From: Candidatus Sulfobium sp.
GTDB lineage: Bacteria > Nitrospirota > Thermodesulfovibrionia > Thermodesulfovibrionales > UBA6898
Direction: 5' to 3'
Length of the DNA: 28,830 bases
Assembly (NCBI GenBank): GCA_037380845.1
Contig: JARRRI010000057.1
Coordinates: 1-28,830, forward strand
In this document: positions 26,401 to 28,830 of the stretch, piece after piece
Position numbering within the stretch: the first letter of the stretch is position 1
Layout of the letters: the number at the start of each line of letters is the position of its first letter
The notes under the pieces: model-generated
Told to the model about the DNA's origin: nothing
The model's input: the letters and a program-made list of their open reading frames with translations, nothing else
Database searches by the model: none
Made by a program: the position numbers and the translations under genes

Positions 26401-26917
26401 CCAGACCTGCGAAGTAATTTTCCCCGTCCTTCCAGACCGCAACCGCCAGTTCAGGGCCGTTTTCCAGCCGATACCGGCGCTTATGAAGGACTTCTTCATC
26501 CGGAAGCTCCCTTTCGAGGGCCTCCCCGGGGAGAGGAGAAGTCCTCTCCGCAGGAGGGAGGTCGATCCGGTAATTTCGTCCTCCGTTATTGTCCCACCTG
26601 TCCTCATCGGGAAAGAAAAGCACAAAGTCTATTGCGAAGAGTTCCGGGGAGCGGCCTATGGTGATAAATATCCCTCTTTTTCCGTCGTGTGCCATAAAAG
26701 GAGTCTGAACGGCCCCGTCAAGGGCCGTGGTTCCCTCCGGCCAGACCGACCGCGGGGGAGCCGTCCAGCTGCCGCGTCCCTTTAGTTGCATCCCCCAGTG
26801 GAGAATGCAGTTCTTTTCGCTCTCGATCCGTATGTCTATCCTTACGGCGGTTTCGGTTGCCGACTTGTCCACAGACAGAACTATGTCTTGTTTGCTTACG
26901 AGCGTTTCCATGGGCAT
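23438..26917 (-). CDS. Alpha-glucan, water dikinase (GWD1/SEX1)-like protein with tandem CBM45-like modules
   Basis: LMHRFN, WLRF...RQLDWQRNYNTKPRE, QRVRDEVL, MEEWHQKLHNNATPDDIVICEA, VHSGTDL; phospho-His DVLAHVAIRARN; KVWASKWNRRAY, FRSDSNGEDIEGYAGAGLYDS, QDIEG, VQARPQ. Start is 26917 or 26911. Confidence 0.92.
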   Translation of the reverse strand: MPMETLVSKQDIVLSVDKSATETAVRIDIRIESEKNCILHWGMQLKGRGSWTAPPRSVWPEGTTALDGAVQTPFMAHDGKRGIFITIGRSPELFAIDFVLFFPDEDRWDNNGGRNYRIDLPPAERTSPLPGEALERELPDEEVLHKRRYRLENGPELAVAVWKDGENYFAGLAADLEGPLFLHWGVSVRSRFEWEMPPKAMRPANSEVFDRKAVRTPFAEEDGLLRLTLRIASGDAPSGISFVLYRPDTGRWIKDGDRNFYIPLTISAGMEGLGSPELSDIAEEIIEHEMGRNSWTLMHRFNLCYDLLDRVRNNTGGLALIFVWLRFSSIRQLDWQRNYNTKPRELGHALDRLTLKLAGLYDAEPGDREMIRLILRTLGRGSDAQRVRDEVLNIMHRHHIKEVSGHFMEEWHQKLHNNATPDDIVICEAFIAFLKSNGSLDRFYDKLEEGGLSTDRLESYERPIVSHPDFVPHLKDALIGDFEHFLGILKEVHSGTDLGTAIHSARYLFDPDMHGLMDHIWRHRDDRKPVPLIRKIVEGRRRIRGLMKGHADRIRDLLFLDIALEDYSRVVVERNLAEGLGRDELADSIEVMLEILDISADNAELRACLRHWKRLASTERFSRDWALHADSVIDRIHRGVGSFIDRCYGLLQPKAEFMGKAFRADEWTFNLFSEEVVRGTPAFALSMLLQKINPVLRKAAELGDWQIISPGQAGGYVELTDSLKSVQGRRFERKTVIVSDKVAGDEEIPEGVSALVTPDPTDVLAHVAIRARNSGVLFAVCYSAEKLDELKRLGGNPVTLRINASGEVLFERGSAREERETPPKRSAQARPRAPSFSKYAVSMGDFTADIVGGKSNNIKKMHGKVPDWVYLPASVAIPFGIFEKVLGMRENEDVSRRCRELIGRLGENDGHSDEAVLGSLRETILDLESPGELAAALKEVMTGTGLPWPENWDEAWTCIKKVWASKWNRRAYLSRIARGIAHEDLYMAVLIQRIVEADYSYVIHTVNPFTGNRDEVYAEAVLGLGEALVGNYPGKALSFLRGKGDKAPRLLSYPGKSIGLFGGGLTFRSDSNGEDIEGYAGAGLYDSFMLPEPRRVVLDYSDEKMVWDTDFRRGFMTGVAEIGEVIEKALGAPQDIEGAFSGGKFHVVQARPQVGVEHG

Positions 26918-27024
26918 AGAGAGGCCCTGCCTTTCGCAGTCATAAATGGGGATGGGAAGGTATTAAACACCCTTCCCTTCATCTCCTCCGTCAAGAGAGA
27001 GGAAATTCAGAACATTCCGACTGA

Positions 27025-27050
27025 ATCTGTTAACTAATATGTTATCAGAT
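27025..27050. promoter_or_regulatory. Imperfect palindrome, candidate operator overlapping a putative extended -10 for the GWD cluster
   Basis: ATCTGTTAAC-TAATAT-GTTATCAGAT, arms 9/10 complementary. The minus strand contains TG-A-TAACAT. Confidence 0.4.
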
Positions 27051-27178
27051 TTTTGCTTTATCGCCATGAAGAGGGCGGGCTGTTTCTGCGACGGCTCCAT
27101 CTTCCCGCTTTTTTCTTTCAATATGCCCGTCTTTTTTTATAAAATAATAAAAAATATAAATAGGCGGAGGTAATAAAA

Positions 27179-27436
27179 ATGGGAGAGGACATAGAAGTAG
27201 TTTCCGTTGATAAGTCGATCAATATCAAGGGCTTGGTATGCCCTTATACTTTTGTGAAGGCGAAACTTGCCATAGAATCCATGGAAGTCGGACAGGTTCT
27301 GGAGATCCTGCTGGACTATGAGGAGGCGTCCAGAAGCATTCCCAAATCGATGGAGGACCACGGGCAGAAGGTCCTCAGGGTCGAAAAGATAAATGACACG
27401 GACTGGAAACTTTTGATCAGAAAGGACAGGGAATAG
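27179..27436 (+). CDS. TusA/SirA-family sulfur carrier
   Basis: 'GLVCPY..VKAKLAI..ME.GQVLEILLD' with the CP motif. GGAGGT RBS. Confidence 0.9.
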   Translation: MGEDIEVVSVDKSINIKGLVCPYTFVKAKLAIESMEVGQVLEILLDYEEASRSIPKSMEDHGQKVLRVEKINDTDWKLLIRKDRE

Positions 27437-28239
27437 TGGATTTTACCGACGAGCAGGTCCTGCGGTACAGCAGGCACATCATACTTCCTGAGGTGGGGGG
27501 CAAGGGACAGGCCAGGATAGCGGAGGCGAAGGTCTTTATTATAGGCGCCGGGGGGTTGGGCTGCCCTGTAGGTTATTATCTTACCGCTGCCGGCGTGGGT
27601 ACGATAGCCATGATCGACAATGACACTGTCGAGATCAGCAACCTTCAGAGACAGATTGCTCACAGCATGGATACCATCGGGATGCCTAAGGTTGAGTCTG
27701 CAAAAAAGACTTTTGAGGCCCTTAACCCCGATGTTAACATTGTGGCTCTGAAGAAGAGAATATCGAAGGACGATATCCTCGGCCTGATCAGTGATTATGA
27801 TATAGTTGTGGACGGCAGTGATAATTTTCCGACGAGATATCTTGTCAACGATGCCTGCGTCATGGCGAAGAAACCGCTTGTGAGCGGGGCGATCCTTAGG
27901 TTCGAGGGGCAGGTGACGACGATAATGCCCGGTGAGGGTCCGTGTTACAGGTGCCTCTTCGAGGAACCGCCTCCCCCGGGGCTGGTGCCGTCCTGTCAGG
28001 AGGCGGGCGTCCTTGGAGTTCTGCCGGGGGTAATCGGCGGCCTGCAGGCGACCGAGGTCCTGAAACTCATCCTGGGGAAGGGAGACATCCTCAAGGGTGA
28101 GTTGCTGATATACAACGCCCTGAAGACAACGTTCAGGAAAGTAAAAGTGCCGAAGAACCCTTCTTGTCCGTTATGCGGAGAACATCCCGCCATTACGGAG
28201 CTGATAGATTACAACGATGGCTATTGCACGATGCAGTAG
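27436..28239 (+). CDS. moeB: MoeB/ThiF-family (E1-like) adenylyltransferase, no rhodanese domain
   Basis: RYSRHIIL, IGAGGLG, SNLQRQ, DGSDNFPTRYLVND, CYRC, SCQEAGVLG, CPLC. Confidence 0.9.
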   Translation: MDFTDEQVLRYSRHIILPEVGGKGQARIAEAKVFIIGAGGLGCPVGYYLTAAGVGTIAMIDNDTVEISNLQRQIAHSMDTIGMPKVESAKKTFEALNPDVNIVALKKRISKDDILGLISDYDIVVDGSDNFPTRYLVNDACVMAKKPLVSGAILRFEGQVTTIMPGEGPCYRCLFEEPPPPGLVPSCQEAGVLGVLPGVIGGLQATEVLKLILGKGDILKGELLIYNALKTTFRKVKVPKNPSCPLCGEHPAITELIDYNDGYCTMQ

Positions 28240-28385
28240 CTTGCAAAGGGCTGCGAACGGGGGCACGGTACAGGCAACACCGGGTTAAGCCGGAGCTCGG
28301 GCGACCGGCCGGAGTACCGGTCTATCCTGCTGTTGCCGCATGCGGCTTTCCGTTTGCGGCTTCTTTATGTGGCTATACGATATAA

Positions 28386-28799
28386 ATGTCGTCATTGATT
28401 ATTCCACGGACCATTTTCGACAGAATCATCTCCCACTGCGTCTCGGTCTATCCGGACGAGGCTTGCGGGATATTGGCCGGGGAAAAGGACACAGTCCGAA
28501 AGATTTACGAAATGACAAATTCCGAACCGTCGCCTGTAAGTTATTTCATGGACCCGAAGGAACAGTTTCTGGCCATGAAAGAGATGAGAAGGAGAGGACT
28601 GCATATGATGGCTGTTTACCATTCGCATCCGTCTTCACCCCCTTATCCTTCGGCGAAAGACGTGAGCCTCGCCTCTTATCCTGATTCGCTCTACATCATC
28701 GTGGGTCTTTCCGATAAGGACAGACCAGAAGTGCATGCATATACGATTGTCGAGGGGAAGGTAAGCGAAGCGGAGATGGAAGTCCTCCCCGGATCTTAA
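28386..28799 (+). CDS. M67/JAB (JAMM) metallopeptidase, Mec-like
   Basis: PDEACGIL (catalytic Glu) and YHSHP..PPYPSAKD (HxH...D Zn motif). Confidence 0.92.
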   Translation: MSSLIIPRTIFDRIISHCVSVYPDEACGILAGEKDTVRKIYEMTNSEPSPVSYFMDPKEQFLAMKEMRRRGLHMMAVYHSHPSSPPYPSAKDVSLASYPDSLYIIVGLSDKDRPEVHAYTIVEGKVSEAEMEVLPGS

Positions 28800-28830
28800 G
28801 AAACCATATCCTCAGATCTGCAATCGGATG

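Noticed and set aside
17796..26785. Long + strand ORFs opposite the dikinase cluster (e.g. 313, 385, 406 and 303 aa)
   Set aside because: Antisense shadows expected in GC-rich coding DNA; no recognisable motifs.
20008..26917. Calling the two large dikinases PEP synthase/PPDK or rifampicin phosphotransferase
   Set aside because: Domain order (His domain, then C-terminal nucleotide-binding domain) and long GWD- and PWD-specific motifs do not fit those families.

Overview
Bacterial genomic window; the gene order and style suggest an anaerobe such as Nitrospirota/Desulfobacterota (inference only). From left to right: (1) an AT-rich integron remnant with a truncated intI, Pc-like promoter, attI-like site, a two-ORF cassette, a well-formed attC and the start of a HicB-type antitoxin cassette; (2) a small membrane protein, a Clp1-family polynucleotide kinase and an unknown membrane protein; (3) hydrogenase maturation genes hypF-hypD-hypE with no hypC, and a palindromic element in the gap; (4) a housekeeping run of pdxJ, acpS, nnr, pgeF, a CBS protein, tsaE, nadK and a family-4 uracil-DNA glycosylase; (5) the standout, a 9.4-kb minus-strand cluster encoding a plant-type alpha-glucan, water dikinase (GWD1-like, tandem CBM45-like modules), a phosphoglucan, water dikinase (PWD-like) with an N-terminal metal-binding TIM barrel instead of CBM20, a stand-alone TIM-barrel protein and a GlgE-like GH13 enzyme, i.e. 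an apparent bacterial alpha-glucan phosphorylation system resembling plastid starch mobilisation; (6) a TusA-MoeB/ThiF-JAMM sulfur-relay cluster. All family calls come from motif recognition by eye; no database searches were run.
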